A stretch of DNA of 64,000 nt from Zygnema circumcarinatum SAG 698-1b (GCA_037447605.1 CM074817.1:1302001-1366000), one strand, 5' to 3'. Shown: positions 1 to 16,600, numbered from the stretch's first letter. Numbers and translations are program-made. The notes: a model not told the origin generated them from the letters alone.

Positions 1-1392
1 TCACAGAGTGCCACGTTGACACCTGTGCCTACGTGGCGCGTTTTATTGGTGCGGTCATTGAATGATGTGAAAATAAATGGAGAAGTGGAAACCCGTCTTC
101 GCTTTCCGAAATTGCTTGAAACCGTACGGGTCTGTGTGGATTTTCACGCTCATGTCGTACTGTGCCGTACGGTGTGGAAGTCCGTTACTAACTTACCTTG
201 TAGTGCAAGTTTACGAGATTCATGCTTTCGCAAATTCACACCTTCACGATTCATACTTTTGCAAATTCGGATTCCATATCCAGAAGCTGCCGACAGCCGT
301 GTTAGCTCGTGACCGTGTGATTGCGGAATATTGCGGCGATGCACTCGCTGAGGCTGAGGTTCCATTGGCACTTTTAGTGTCAGGCGAAGTCTTTTGAGGA
401 ATGGTTATCGGTTTAATGGTCAGCACCGTCAACAATCGACACATTCATACTCACACGAAGCAATATGCCACAAGCCTTCTCCTTTTTTTTCTTTTATTAT
501 TCTGATAAAGATAGAAACCAATTTGTATATTAATACATAGACATTGAAATGATAGAATGTGTCATGAAATCCTGCATTGATGTCGTGCTGTCAAGCACGC
601 TGATAGCACACCAAAGAAGTCGAATCAGGTTCGAGTACGTTGAAAACTCAGGCTGCTGAAATGAGCTAAACTGATAATATAGCTCATTTCAGCTTCAAGA
701 AAAAGAGATGGATGTTGACATGAAATTACGTGTTTTGAACAGAGTCAAAAGAAGCACATGCCTTTCTTTCTTCCATGCTGCAATAATCGTCCGAGTGTCT
801 ACTCACTCTGCTGATTATCAATAGCGGAAATAAGAAACTAGGTTTCTGCAGGTGCTGGGAATACAGGACTTTCTAGATAAGCACAACGTGGAGCACATCA
901 AGCACACAGAAAACTAATAAGCACATCATGTATAACCAAATGCCTCGGGTAAGCACATGGTGCAAGTACTCCAACAGTAGACGTTTAAAATAGGGAACAA
1001 GAGAAATGAAATAGAGAAAGTAAGTTCAGTTATCCTGAATCACACTGGCTGCGCATCTATATAATTCAAAAGGTACAAAATCCATAAGTGGACTGTTCTT
1101 AACAATGGATGAGGCAAACACTGAATTTTTCCTACGCTGGTGCAGTTCAGCGGTGATGACGCTACGTTTATACAAAGATCCACTTCGTCCTCGCACTGCA
1201 TTTGATCAGACGCAATCTAGCGAATTGAAAGGCTTCCTAGAGGCCTATGCTTCCGAAAGGAATGGACGCGCTTGACAAATTATTGATTGTAACATCTAGC
1301 TTTTGGTGAAAAGCACCCCCGGCAACTACTGAATACACCCCTTAGTACAGTTTCAGGAAAAGAAAGAAAAAAAAAGGGGGGGGCGTCTCTTT

Positions 1393-1899
<507 letters not shown>

Positions 1900-2187
1900 G
1901 ACGAAAAAAGGCTACAATCTCACAGCTCAGCCAGAAAAAGTAACACTCCGTCCCCTTCCAACAGCCGTCAGGAAACCCTAAAATTCAGAATTGCTAGAAA
2001 TACCAAGCTCAAGCACTTCCCTTGTGCTCCTGCACCTCCTGCTCGGCCTTTTATCCTCTCCTCCGTCTCTCCCTCCCCCCACCCTCCCTTTGAGACCAAA
2101 CCGGCGTCGAAACCACGAGGAAGCCCTGCGCCTGTGCTTTTCAAAGAGTACGGACATCTGAACGGCTGCGATTAATTAAAAAATAAT

Positions 2188-2260
2188 CGACGGTTCTCGT
2201 TTACCAAATTGAAAGGCGCCGAGTCGATCCGCGGTCGCCGTTTCGGGGCCTCTCATTGGC
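2188..2260 (-). promoter_or_regulatory. Histone promoter module 1: GCCAATGA-N19-CGCGGATC (plant histone octamer) plus CCGTCG
   Basis: On the plus strand: GATCCGCG at 2226-2233, TCATTGGC at 2253-2260 and CGACGG at 2188-2193. These lie between the divergent H4 and H2B. The octamer and CCGTCC/G hexamer are known plant histone cis-elements. Confidence 0.8.
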
Positions 2261-2565
2261 CGCGAGGCGACTTTCAAAATTGCGCCGACCAGGGGAGTTT
2301 GGAGCTGGTTGTTCGCAGCCCACTTTTGGGTCACTCTGCAGAGAGGGGTCTCCGGCTGCAGTGAAGGAATATAAAGCGGGGCTGCTTGGAGCTGGCGTGG
2401 TAGGAAGGCCTTTTTCCAAGTAGTCGTCTAAGGATTGCGAGAGAGACAGAGAGAGAGAGAGAGAGTGGGAAAGAGAGAGAGAGAAGGTGATTAGAGATTG
2501 GATACTTTGCTTTGCAGAGAGTACGCAGAGGAAAGGAGGGAGAAGAGGAGAAGGGCGTTGTAGCG

Positions 2566-3179
2566 ATGGCGCCGAAGAGTGACGAGCAGAAAGCTACAAA
2601 GAGCAAGGCTGAGAAGAAGGTTGCGGGGAAGAAGCCAGCAGCGTCCCCTGCGGAGAAGAAGCCCAAGGATTCTTCTGAGAGTAAGCCGAAGGGGAAGAAG
2701 AAGAAGGGGACCAAGAAGGTGAACGAGAGCTACAAGATTTACATCTACAAGGTGCTCAAACAGGTAAGCTTTCTCTTCCCAAATATCTTGTCCAAATGAT
2801 AGTTGGTGAGAAAGACTGGGTGAGTTAGTGAGTTAGTTTCCTGGTTTATTAACATCGTCTTTTGCTTTCAGCTTTTTTTCATACGTCATTCTGTAATTGG
2901 GTTGATTTACCGTTTCTCAAAGCTCCATTTTCTCTACCTCTGCAGGTGCACCCGGACACTGGTATTTCTTCAAAAGCCATGTCGATCATGAACTCATTCA
3001 TCAATGACATTTTTGAGAAGCTTGCTTCTGAAGCGTCCCGGTTGGCGCGGTACAACAAGAAGCCGACCATCACTTCTCGAGAAATTCAAACAGCTGTTCG
3101 GTTGACGCTTCCTGGAGAGTTGGCGAAGCATGCAGTGTCGGAAGGCACCAAGGCTGTCACCAAATTCACTAGCAGTTAA
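2566..3179 (+). CDS. H2B: Histone H2B (copy 1), 143 aa, 2 exons (2566-2763, 2946-3179)
   Basis: MAPKSDEQK...[11 protein letters not shown]|[18 protein letters not shown]...KAVTKFTSS*. Phase-0 GT-AG intron at 2764-2945. A TATAAA lies at about 2369. Confidence 0.99.
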
Positions 3180-4233
3180 TTTTCTTTGATCATATTCTTT
3201 ATCTTCATTTCTCTCCTTAGTGAGCGACTGAGATCAGGGTCGCCTGGTTTGGGTCGAATCACATTGTAAATTTCAATACTAGTGGTAGGGTCTGTTGCAA
3301 CTCCGCTCTGGCAATGCTATCCGCTGCTGTAATCTGTTCAAACTCAGGCGTGATAGTGTTAAAAAAGTTTTGGAATAAGCTTGTCCACTCTCAGGATTAT
3401 GTGAAAAAAATGACTTTCACTTTCATCCTACCATTGCTTGGTTCTTTTAGTTTTCTTCTCTATTGGTTGTGACAACTTGTTCCTGTTGATACTTTCAGTT
3501 TGCGTACATCGTCAGCTGTTGATTTGCATACGACCAAGACCAAGACCAAGTGTTGAAAGAAACGATTAACATTTTAGAGAGCACCTCAATCTACACTCAA
3601 TGGACCTCTGCAAGATTCTCTCTATTTATAGTTCCTTGAGGGAACCTTGTTAATGATGGCAAATGGTTATGTGTGATTCCTGGCTTGTTCTTACTTCAAA
3701 GACAGTCAATAGATAAAATTGCATTGTACTCTTTGATGGGAGTAGAGCAGCAGTAATCCTATGAATACGAGTGAATTTTGTTGAGGCACAGGCAGGAGAG
3801 ATTTTTTTGTTTTTGTTTTTGGAATCAACCTTACTACAAAATTGGTCACTGAAAAAAAAATTGTTTATGCTTGCTCAACAAATCATTCAAACGAATTGGA
3901 TCATTTCTTCCTGTTAACCACTGGATAAAATAGTAAGACACTTTCCCCTTACAAGTTTGCGCCCATCTAAGTCTCCATCTAACAGCCAACTATAATTTTG
4001 TGACTCTTCTAGAAAATAATGCCAAAAAATTCTCCGAGAAGTGAAGCTTTTTCTCATTCGCTTAGGAGAGAAGAAGACAACTCTCCCATAGACAAAATTT
4101 GCTGCTTTTATGCCAGCGAATCAATCAAATCGTATAACCTTAACCTCCTTCACGTGCAGCTCCCGCAAACTGACTCCTATATACTCTACGCTCTTCTTCA
4201 AATGACAAAATTGAATCGTTTTGCACCTGGGGT

Positions 4234-6742
4234 TTACATTGTAGCCTTTGCTGCAGGAGCTTCATCGCCCCCTCTCAGGGTAAAAGGATATCGCTTAAGG
4301 AAATAGACAATTTCAGAGTACGTGCTGATGATGCCATGAATGGCACCGGTGGGACGAGATCTCCAGTTTGCAATGAGAAGCCGTGACACAGCAACCTCAG
4401 ATTCAAACGAGTTCTTGTTGTACTTGCATTCGTTCACAAAGAAGCGACCAAGATAGTTGGAAAATTCAACGGCTTTCTGCATCAATGAATTCCAGGGTCG
4501 AGAATGAAACGGTCAGTAACTCAGAAAACTTAGGCGTCAAAAAAAAATTCAATCAAATTCTTTCAGCTTGCCTCACATCCAAACCAATAAAGGCCAGTAA
4601 TCTTGTCTGTCTCTTCTGCAAACTCAAAGGCGAACAGAGCTTTTCCCTTCCCCCTCGCTCCCTCTCCCTTCCTCACCCCTCCCTCTCTCCCCTCCCCTTT
4701 CACTCTCTCCTCCCCCTTACACTCTCGCTCTCCTCCCCTCCCCCTCCTCCCCACCGTCAACCCTCCCCTCCTCCCCCGTTCTGCTCCTTGCTTTTTGTCT
4801 TTCCCTCCCTCAATTCCCCGCTCTCTCCTCCCTTCCCCCCCACTCCCCGCATCTGTCTCGCGACTCACCTCAGAATGGGACATGGTGTACTTGAGACTCC
4901 ATTCCCACGGCGCCTATTAGCAAGAAAGAAAAGGAAAGCAAAGTTAGTGGCACGTTCTTGAACAAAGTTTTTATCTTGTACGCGAGAGTAGTCACCCTTA
5001 TGAGGGGTTCCCCTTGCCTCTTTGATGACCTTCAAGTAGGCTGTAAGAGATATTGATCTACATTGCTATGTAGTCTATTGTCTCCCCTTCGCATTCCTAA
5101 CGTCCATCATTATTCTTTTCATACTTAAACCAAGGACATGCGAAGTAGGAGGAATGTGACCTTTACCCAACTTAATGTCCTTTCAATATAATCAACTTCT
5201 AAAGTGCAACGCTAGTGTTGCTGTTTTGAAATGTAGAGCAGCATTGAAGAGGCTGCAGCTCATTATGCATCTTTGGAAACTATTGCAGCAAAATAAGCAT
5301 TTCTGCTTACGCCGGCATTTCTTAAACTGATATTTGGCAGCTTCACAAGCTGCAGCCTCGAGACAAGTTGAAAGCATTCACATCCGTCCTGTAACGGCAC
5401 TCTGCATCTGCTGAGATCATCCAGTCTTAGTTTATCTTCCAGATAAATGGCATACCTTCTCCGGGTGCCATTGTACGCCATAGAAGGGGTACTCCCATCC
5501 CTCCACAGTGGAGACAAAGAGCTTGCCGTCGCGATCCGCATCAATGGAGAGTACTTTCAGAAATGATTGGACACGAGACTGTTCAAAATTATTAGGATGA
5601 ATCCCGAGGCCATGATTATTGAAGGCCAGGTGACCCAATGGAGAGGCCACTTCTTTGAAGAGCTCATAACTCATTCCTCCAAAAAGACGGCTCATCCATC
5701 CCGACATCGTCAACTCTAAGTTGATTCCGAAATTTTCTGCATCGACTTCTTCCAAGAGGGTGGCATTGACGTCTCCTGCAAAAAGCTGTGGCAAGTGGAA
5801 AGAACGGGTAAGAGAACGGGTAAGATTCCAGACAAATCCCAACACTTAGTCTCAATAAGCTGTGCTTTCTCAACGAATATTTATGAAGTTTACGTTTCAT
5901 TTTCAAAAGAGCTATTAGATGAGACGTGGTGCTGCTGCTTGCTTACCTGCGCCATCCTCTCAAAACCGAGGCAGGTGCCCCACATGGGATAGTAATTTCC
6001 CGCTTGATTGTCGGCCAAAACATGCTTAAAAATGTGCTCTGTGGTCGTAAGATATTTTGAGCCCTCTGGATCCGTCACCTCCGGGTTGAAATCCACAAGA
6101 CCTCCAGTCCAAAGAACGCCATTGATTCTGCATAAACTCGAAGAAGTAGTCAGTCCACAGTTCTACGTTTTATGTATTTCGATGAAAGAAAGACTTCCAG
6201 TGTCTATAAAGTGCTTCAATACGAGTCAAAAGAAAGAGCGTGGATCAATAGAAGCTTCTGCAACATAGTTTCGTGGATAAAATCAAGATCACCAAGCAAA
6301 TCAATACTTCCAAAGTAGCCTGAAGGTGAACGACAAGCTCTGACCTATAGATTTGTAAACTCTGCAAGCCAGTAATAGAAGTCACCATTTCACTGCAAAT
6401 AGAGCAAGTACTCGCATCTCACTCATACCTCTTGAGAAGATATTCGAGTTCATCCGGCGTGGAGTCGTATAAAATAGGCACCGCCCGCGCCCCTCCCGCC
6501 TCAATCCACCGTACGTAAGAGGTAGCGAAGCTTGAATTCCCAAATATCTTCTGTCGCGCGACTGTTACAGGGAGAGTAAGGACGCCAATAATCGGCGTCT
6601 CAGTAAAAATATTCGCCGGCCTGCGGTAGATATTTTCAATAACCTTCCGCTCCTTTAGATACTCCGATGGCACCGCCGCTCTCCCCGCCGCAACCATCAG
6701 CAGCAGGCTGCTCACCAACCCTAGAAAATTCACAGAAGCCAT
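4234..6742 (-). CDS. GGH: Gamma-glutamyl hydrolase (peptidase C26), about 370 aa, with N-terminal signal peptide; 5 exons (6742-6429, 6127-5947, 5785-5456, 4913-4869, 4476-4234)
   Basis: Motifs PIIGVL, SYVRWIEAGGARAVPI, catalytic PMWGTCLGFE and YPFYGVQWHPEK. The exons join in frame across GT-AG introns. Confidence 0.93.
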
Positions 6743-8139
6743 ATCTCCTCCTCCTGCTGTTGGTGCTCTTCTCACTGCAGTTCTTGAAACAAAATTTTGA
6801 AGGTTCCAATGCTGTTCCTGAAATCCAAGATCCAGGAAGAGAGAGATAGGAATGATCCGGTTCAAAATGCAGTAAATCTACGCTCCACAGGCTTCTGCTC
6901 TTTCAAACACGAGCCTTAAGTTTCTTCCAAAAGCTCCTTCAGGAATTTATACCCCCCTATACTCCTCCTCCACCTCCACCTCCTCCTCCTGTTCCTCCAA
7001 AAGAGCCTGAATTTCCAAATGACCTGCAGGGATTTTATCTCTCCGTCAGCTCCTCCTCCTCACCCTCCTGCAGGGCCGGCCGATTTCAAGGCGCTAGGAA
7101 ATGGTCCGCTTCCAAAGCGGACTGTGAAGTAGAGCCGACCCGAGCCGAGCAGGGCAGCCCCCTTATAGCGGCGGTTGCCGGCCGGCTGCTGCATGGGCCG
7201 GGGCCGTGTACCGGCCCCAGCCCGTACAACAAGGCTGCAAGTACATGTACGGCTGTACGAAATTCATCCGTACGTGTTGTTGCGTGCAATGCCCGCGTTT
7301 TGTCGGTCGGTGGAAGGCGGCGCCTGGACGTGGGTCAAACGCCACGTGGCAGGAAATGAGGGGTGGTAGATTAGCCGACAAAGGAGCCGTACGGTCACGG
7401 AGATGGAGTCGGGGATCTTTAGGGCTTGCCAGTACGGCTTTCCAAATCTTCAAAATAGGTCATAGGTGGAATCGTATAAAAAACTAGTACATTTGTTCCA
7501 GGATATATCATGTTAAACCAGGGAAAAACGTACTGGTTTTTTAAAAATACCCTTACTCGTGTTTCAAGATTGAGAAACAAATCTTGAAAAAGTTACTAGG
7601 AAAAGTATAGACCAGAATTAGTATAGTATATAATATCAAACAGGGGACCATGAGTACTAGTTTCGAGAAAACTCCCAACCCCGCGCTTATTTTTTTTTCC
7701 TTCCAAGATTGAAAAGCCCTGTGGTCAATTTAGAAGCTCACAATTACCAAACAACCACCTGCCACGTGGCAGGCTCTGGTTGGATCTACCTTCAGTAACC
7801 CTTTCAGACGTTTCTTGGAGGCCCCCTCGGACCGGGGACGGCCAGGGGGGATGAATCTCGTCCCACGCAGTTATGTGACGTCGTTCACTTAACAGTCCCG
7901 TGTTTCCGTGCATGTTCAAAGCTGTACCTTTTTGTCCCCTTCTGCGGCTTGCGTCAGCCGGTCCAGCCGCCAAAAAATTGCGGCGCCGCTTACCGTACAG
8001 TTTCGTCCCTTTCAAGAAGTTTCGGCACTCAGAATCCACAGTCTAAAAAATGTTATTTTTTCCCTTTTTTTTTTCTCAGGGTGGTAGGACGCAACATTTT
8101 TAGCGTGTTCCCATGTCAAGTCTGGACCAACCACAGACT

Positions 8140-8445
8140 GCCACGTCATAGTCATGCGAACCTAAAAAATGCCACGTCGACCTCCACCTCAGTCCCTCTA
8201 ACCAATAACATGTCGCCATGTGGCATTTCACTGTCCCACGTGGCTCGCCACGGCTAGCGTCGGCGGCGGCCGCCGCCTATTTGCCGTGATTCCCGTGAAC
8301 CGCGACCGCGACCGGCGGTCACCGCGGCCAATGTTCATTTGCCACGTGGCAGTAGTACCTCGCGTGGCCTGTTTGGTAGACGAGCATCCTCCAACCGCAA
8401 GTCTCCACGTGTACATTTGTGTGCACGTGACGTGCTTTTATTGGC
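8140..8445. promoter_or_regulatory. Dense ACGT-core (G-box/ABRE-like) cluster upstream of OTC
   Basis: GCCACGTCAT at 8140, GCCACGTCGA at 8171, CCCACGTGGC at 8235, GCCACGTGGC at 8341, CACGTG at 8406 and 8424, followed by ATTGG at about 8440. Confidence 0.5.
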
Positions 8446-8838
8446 TAAAATCTCCCAAATAGGATGTCGAACTGGATTCGCGTTTCTATGTATATGACGA
8501 AGTTGTGGAACTGCGGCTGCATGGAGCGCCTACACGTGCAGGACTGGGACTGTGGAACCCGAGGGAGTTTTTCAAAGGCTTGTCCTGCAGCACTTCTTTG
8601 CATTTGCTGCTTTATCTGAGCTTAATCATATAAAAAAGCTGCAGAATATATCTGCTATATGCGAGCAGGCGAAAGCATAACATCACATATTCTGCATCCT
8701 TCTACTGTGTGGCGCACAACATTGTTAGCTTTCCGCCCTCCTAGGCCTTGTAAGCTGCTTATCAGCAAGTCCAAACTTTAGGGTTTCAGTTAGCTGCAGA
8801 GGGGAGCTTGCTCTCTTACACAGCCGCATTGAGGAGCC

Positions 8839-11823
<2,985 letters not shown>

Positions 11824-12936
11824 TAGGCTTCATCCGGCCTGCCTGCAAGCTCTACTTCTCAGGCAGATTCAGTGGCACCATGTGTAATCTACAGATCTGC
11901 AGGATGTTTTTTGCTTTGTCGAATGCCTCGTATGGCTGGGCGCATCTGGCATTCTGCCATCATAAGTGGTGCAAAAGGATCACTTATGAAAGGAGTAGAA
12001 GAGCTCAGAGTCAAGTAGTTTAACGAACTGGTCAATTTCACCGATTTAGTCCATCAACCTAAAGCAAGGGTGGCTGTTTTTTCTTAGATCCCTCGAGAGT
12101 TGTAGTAGATGGTAAAGCCCTTTCGTATGTGTGTGTTTCAGTTGGGAAGAATTCAGTGTGTTTACGTCCCATGTGTTCTGTCCGTCTGTGCGGATCGGTC
12201 ATCTTGGGACATCCAACCATTGGTCGCAAATGGTGCTTCAAACCTTGTCGTTCATGTTTCGCACCATGTTAGCACCCAACGTGGCCATGTCATAGTGCCT
12301 GTGCATACATTATATAAAGAAATCTGAAAGGCTTACCATATGCATAGCACTGCAGGAGGACACATGCATTCCCCTCCTTCAATTTGCAACCGTGGCCAAT
12401 GCAATATGCCAATAAATCCCTACCGATATTGCCCACTCAGAGGGATACTCCTGCATATGGGTCCTGCTCATGCAAGTCTGCAAAACAGAGAGGGAAGGAC
12501 GGATATAAAGTGCACCTTTTGAGCAACTGCGGATGTGCAGCCGCAAACGAGAGACTTTGCGCTATTTGATGTTCGCGAGAGCTTCATACATGGAGGGTGC
12601 ACATGAATTTCGAATTTATTTACCGAATTCGTGCGAATTTGTTTAACACAAGCGGAATGAAAAGGTGTTGCTTTTCAAAACAAACAAACGTATAGAGACA
12701 TGAGAAGTCTGACCGCAAGGTATCTGCTAAAGAAAGAAGAGCAATATCGACGCCAAGGTATTTCTCTTTCCGTTACACAGCAACGAAAGGAGTGAGGGAT
12801 TTGATGTGGGAGGAAACGAGACGTAAACACGCTTAATCGATATCCAAAAGGAAAATTCTATTCTCACACCTTTTTTGTTTACACACAGACCTTTTTTCGC
12901 CGGGCAGATTTTATAATTATTGCACAAAAAAAGTGT

Positions 12937-13017
12937 GGGTGCGACACCGGGACTTCCCGGGAGGTCACCCATCCCAGTATTATTCCGGCCCACAGGCGCT
13001 TAGCTGCGGAGGTCTGA
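12937..13017 (-). pseudogene. 5'-truncated 5S rRNA copy (roughly nt 36 to the 3' end) followed by a T7 Pol III terminator
   Basis: The minus strand reads TCAGACCTCCGCAGCTAAGCGCCTGTGGGCCGGAATAATACTGGGATGGGTGACCTCCCGGGAAGTCCCGGTGTCGCACCC-ACAC-TTTTTTT, matching the recalled plant/algal 5S 3' two-thirds (box A to box C). The first ~35 nt are replaced by AT-rich sequence. Confidence 0.85.
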
Positions 13018-13255
13018 GTTCATTAATTGTGAGTTTAACATTAAGAACATATAAAACATAGCCATGGGTTAACAATTAGAACATAAAACTCCACATCTGC
13101 GACCGTAGTCCAACGAACACCATCAGAACCGCATTTAATCATGGGTAGACTTTTTTTGGATCGATACACCAAATAAGTCACATGCCAACCTCATGGCGAG
13201 CCGATTCAGGGAGGCTCGTGCAACGCGGGTGAGCCGCAACGTGCCATATCCGCCA

Positions 13256-13301
13256 GGGAGGGAGGGAGGGAGGGAGGGAGGGAGGGAGGGAGGGAGGGAG
13301 G
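13256..13301 (+). repeat. (GGGA)n microsatellite
   Basis: About 11 perfect units, read directly. Confidence 0.95.
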
Positions 13302-13857
13302 ACTCATGCCCGCGCCATCCTTAGGTAACGAAAGAAATACGTGGGAAAGTGGTCGAATCGCAGCTGACAGAAAAGAAAATACAGCGTTGCAATCGACCGG
13401 TGAACTTTAGAAACTGGAATTGGCATTGGTCTCAGGTTGGCATGGCCGTGAGATGCACATGAGGGCCAAGACCACGTGTGGAACCATGTGGAGTGTGAAA
13501 CAACCATTGGCACGCAACAACAAAGCGCCTTCTGAAGGAGGCCATCTGACTAATGCTCAGATGACTAATTTGACTAAAATTGTGACCAGACAATTTGACC
13601 AGCCGTTGGTCACTGGCCACCGCCACTTGTGCTTGTGCTTGATCTGTGCTCTCTGTCTGACACGTGGCATCCACCCTCTACACGAGCTGCGCCACGTGGC
13701 GTTCCCTTACGTCACCCGTGCCACGTGTCAGCATGTCGTGACGTTAGTAGGGGTACGTGTCGTCAGCAGGCAGCTGTCAGGCAGGTGTCGTCTGAATGCC
13801 CTCTGATGTCATGGATGTGCAAATGAGGGACTGTTGCAGTCATCAAACTCTCTTGAA

Positions 13858-14105
13858 AGGAAGGGAGAGAGAGAGTGTGGGGGGGGGGGCGGGGGAGAAG
13901 GGGAGAGGGGAGAAGAGAGAGGGGGAAGGGGAGAGAGAGGAAAGGGGCGAGGAGTTAGAGGAGGAAGGGGAGAGGTGAGTTGGGAGGAACGGCAGTGGTG
14001 GCAGAGGGGGAGGAGAGATGGAGCGAGTGTGGGAAGGGTAGCGAGCGTAAGGGGGAGAGGAGAGTGGGGGATAGAAAGACGGGGGAGAGAGAAATAGAGA
14101 AAGGG
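13858..14105 (+). repeat. Polypurine GA-rich low-complexity tract upstream of ARPC5
   Basis: Almost entirely G/A over about 250 bp. Confidence 0.8.
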
Positions 14106-14532
14106 GCTGAGCCGCGTCAGGGTTTCTGGATGCTGTTTCTTTGACTGCAGTTCTTAGTTGAGGTTTTTCTGATACTCATCAAAATAGGGCTTCTTTCTTT
14201 CAGAGTCTGGACCAGTGGGGACTAGGGGATGCGAATTTGAGCTAAAAAAATAGAAATGAAAGAGCGGCGGGTGGCAACGAATAATTGTGGAAGACCAGAG
14301 AAGTTAGGGCTGAATTAGCCGGGACGTAGTTTTCCTCGTTCAAAACCTTAGCTGCATTGGATGATTCCTCTATGCCTGGCAGGACTTATGGTGACGCATT
14401 CTTTGTTTGTGTATTCAGGCTAGCAATTGGATATCGTTTGGCTCAGGTAAAGCAACATGTCAAACTGGCTCAACTCGTGAAAGTGGAGGCAAGGACGTTT
14501 GGCAGCATTTTTTGTAAATTTTGAAGCAAATC

Positions 14533-16056
14533 ATGGCTGATGATGATGATGCTCCACTGGGAGACGTCGCTTTTCCCGAAGAGACGGAGAGCAAAGAGGC
14601 CATCCTTTCTCGGATCAGTGCAAAACAGCGAGAGGTGGAGAAATTGCTGAGCTTGTGAGTGCTTTCTCAAACTCATGGAAGGAGACCTTGCTTAGGAGAA
14701 GCCAGGTTATGTATGTGTGTCCATGTTTCGCAGATTGCACTCATTTGCATACCGTACTTGTATTCATTGCTTGAATCTGGCTTCTCTGGTAATGTGGCCA
14801 ACCCCTGAATGTGAATTAGAGTTCTGACGATGAAGATGGATGTGTAGAATGCCTCCTTGGTAAGTTACGTGGAGGACCTTTTCTGGGTTGCATTGAGCCT
14901 AGCTGCAATTTCCTTCTCGATTCCTGAAGGGGTTCAGACCTTCTGCGTGCAGATATCAAATTCCCGAAGCATTGAGAGCAGCGCTGGCGGATCCTCCTTT
15001 GGATACTCGAGAAGAGGCCTGCAAAGTGAGTATGGAAATTCTTAAAATAGGCAAAAAAGATATACGAAGACCATTTTTTTAATTCTATGCGTCAAGTCAT
15101 ATTGCAAGTCATGCCCTTTCGAAGGGCAATAATCTATGTTTCGAATATTCTCTACTCATTACTTCGTTTAGAGAAGCGCCAATGAAGAACATAGTCCAGT
15201 CTATATGGTGATTGGCCTGACGGCCCACTCTGCATAGAAAAGCAAAGCAAGCAAAGCATTTGAAAAGCTTTTTTTTTTTTTTTTTTTTTTGGCATTTAGG
15301 GGTCTTTATGGAAGCCACGTGGTTGCACGAGACTATGAGAGATCATATGTTTGGACTCAGATGTTAACATTTCTTCCATTCATTGGCCATTCATTGGCCT
15401 CAATGAAGCTCATCACATACATTTAGTTCACGTGTATAGAAGTTTACATTCCGACTTGTCACCTCGAAGGCCAGAGAGTATTGTTGAAGGCAATAAACAG
15501 GGACAGTTTGTTGCTTGTTTTGTGGATTCAGACAGCAAATTGGCTGGTGGTGCAAAAAGCGGTCATGGCTGCCAAAGATTTGGATGCCGCAGTGGCTCAT
15601 CTTCCAGAGGAGCATTGCGACACACTTATGAAGTAAGAACGTTCTTTCTGAATTTTTCTCCTTCATACCAAGAGATGTGAAAGGACGCTCTCCATGTATC
15701 GACCTGCGTTATTTCAAGCATGTTCCTATTTTAACTTATTGGTGTGAGAAACTGAAGAGTACATCTCTCTTCTCCCCCTCTCCCTCTCTCTCCCTCCTCT
15801 CTCTCCCTTCCTCCCTCGCCCTCTCTCCCTTTCGTCCTTGCTCCCCTCTTTCCTTCTCAAAAAAAAATCATTTGAAACTTGCTGACTTGTTGTTGTTTAT
15901 GCGAGCTGTTATGTGAGCAGGTATTTGTACAGAGGTCTTGAGACTGGAGACAGGGGAATGTGCGACCAATGCCTGCGGTTACATGAGAAGTTGACCGAAA
16001 AGGCAGGCATGGGATGCATCATCCGGGCGATATCTGACCGCATGCGCACAGTTTGA
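14533..16056 (+). CDS. ARPC5: Actin-related protein 2/3 complex subunit 5, 143 aa; 4 exons (14533-14654, 14953-15025, 15532-15632, 15921-16056)
   Basis: The spliced product MADDDD...EAILSRISAKQREVEKLLSLYQIPEALRAAL...CKTANWLVVQKAVMAAKDLD...DTLMKYLYRGLETGDRGMCDQCLRLHEKLTEKAGMGCIIRAISD...* matches recalled plant ARPC5 (SANW, DILMKYLYRGL, HEKLTE.AG.GCI). The ORF track does not capture it. Confidence 0.95.
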
Positions 16057-16600
16057 ATTGGAAATTGGAAAAATGTCAGTCCGATTTAATGATATTTGGA
16101 AAGCCCTGGCATTCAATAATAAGCTCAGTATGCCATGCATGCTATCGCCATGGAGAGGCTCATTTGGTAATGTCCGTAGGAAGTAGGCTTTTTTAAGGAG
16201 CCAATTGTCAGGGAGCTGTCCCGGCCCCCTCCTTTCGGATGGAAGAATAGCTTTGCATCTGTATTTTTAAGTCACTGTGTGCAGTCACGGAGGTTATTTG
16301 CACATTGACTGTGTTCTGCAATACGAGGGCAGCTTGAGTTGAGGCATCTGTGAGTGCCTGAATCTGGAATGGATCAAGTGGAGGATACCTTCCTGTGCGT
16401 CAGACCTAAAATCCCGACAGGAAGGGGTCAGTGCAGTAGTCCTCGATTGCAGGTCCAAAACACGTTCACTTTTACTTTTTCACTTGCACTTTCAGTTTCA
16501 CTCCTGTTTGATTCAAAGGCATAATGCTCTGAGAAAGATCAGAAAAGCAACAAGGGGGGTATGTCTGAATGGCCCAGGCATTGGTTGGGCATGGATGGGT

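Noticed and set aside
150-444. Possible first exon of a minus-strand gene running off the left edge (GTAAGT donor near 195)
   Set aside because: No recognisable protein motif, and the frame and start are ambiguous.
1305-1317. GGTG-CTTTT-CACC hairpin downstream of H4 copy 1 as a histone 3' stem-loop
   Set aside because: It has only a 4-bp stem rather than the 6-bp stem/4-nt loop consensus, and I saw no counterpart after the other three histone genes.
7481-7663. AAACTAGTAC...GTACTAGTTT as TIRs of an AT-rich MITE
   Set aside because: Only 10 bp match perfectly, there is no clear TSD, and there is no second copy in the window.
12937-13017. Calling the 5S fragment a functional 5S gene or a Cassandra element
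   Set aside because: The 5' ~35 nt are missing, so helix I cannot form. There is no paired LTR or internal domain, and a terminator is present.
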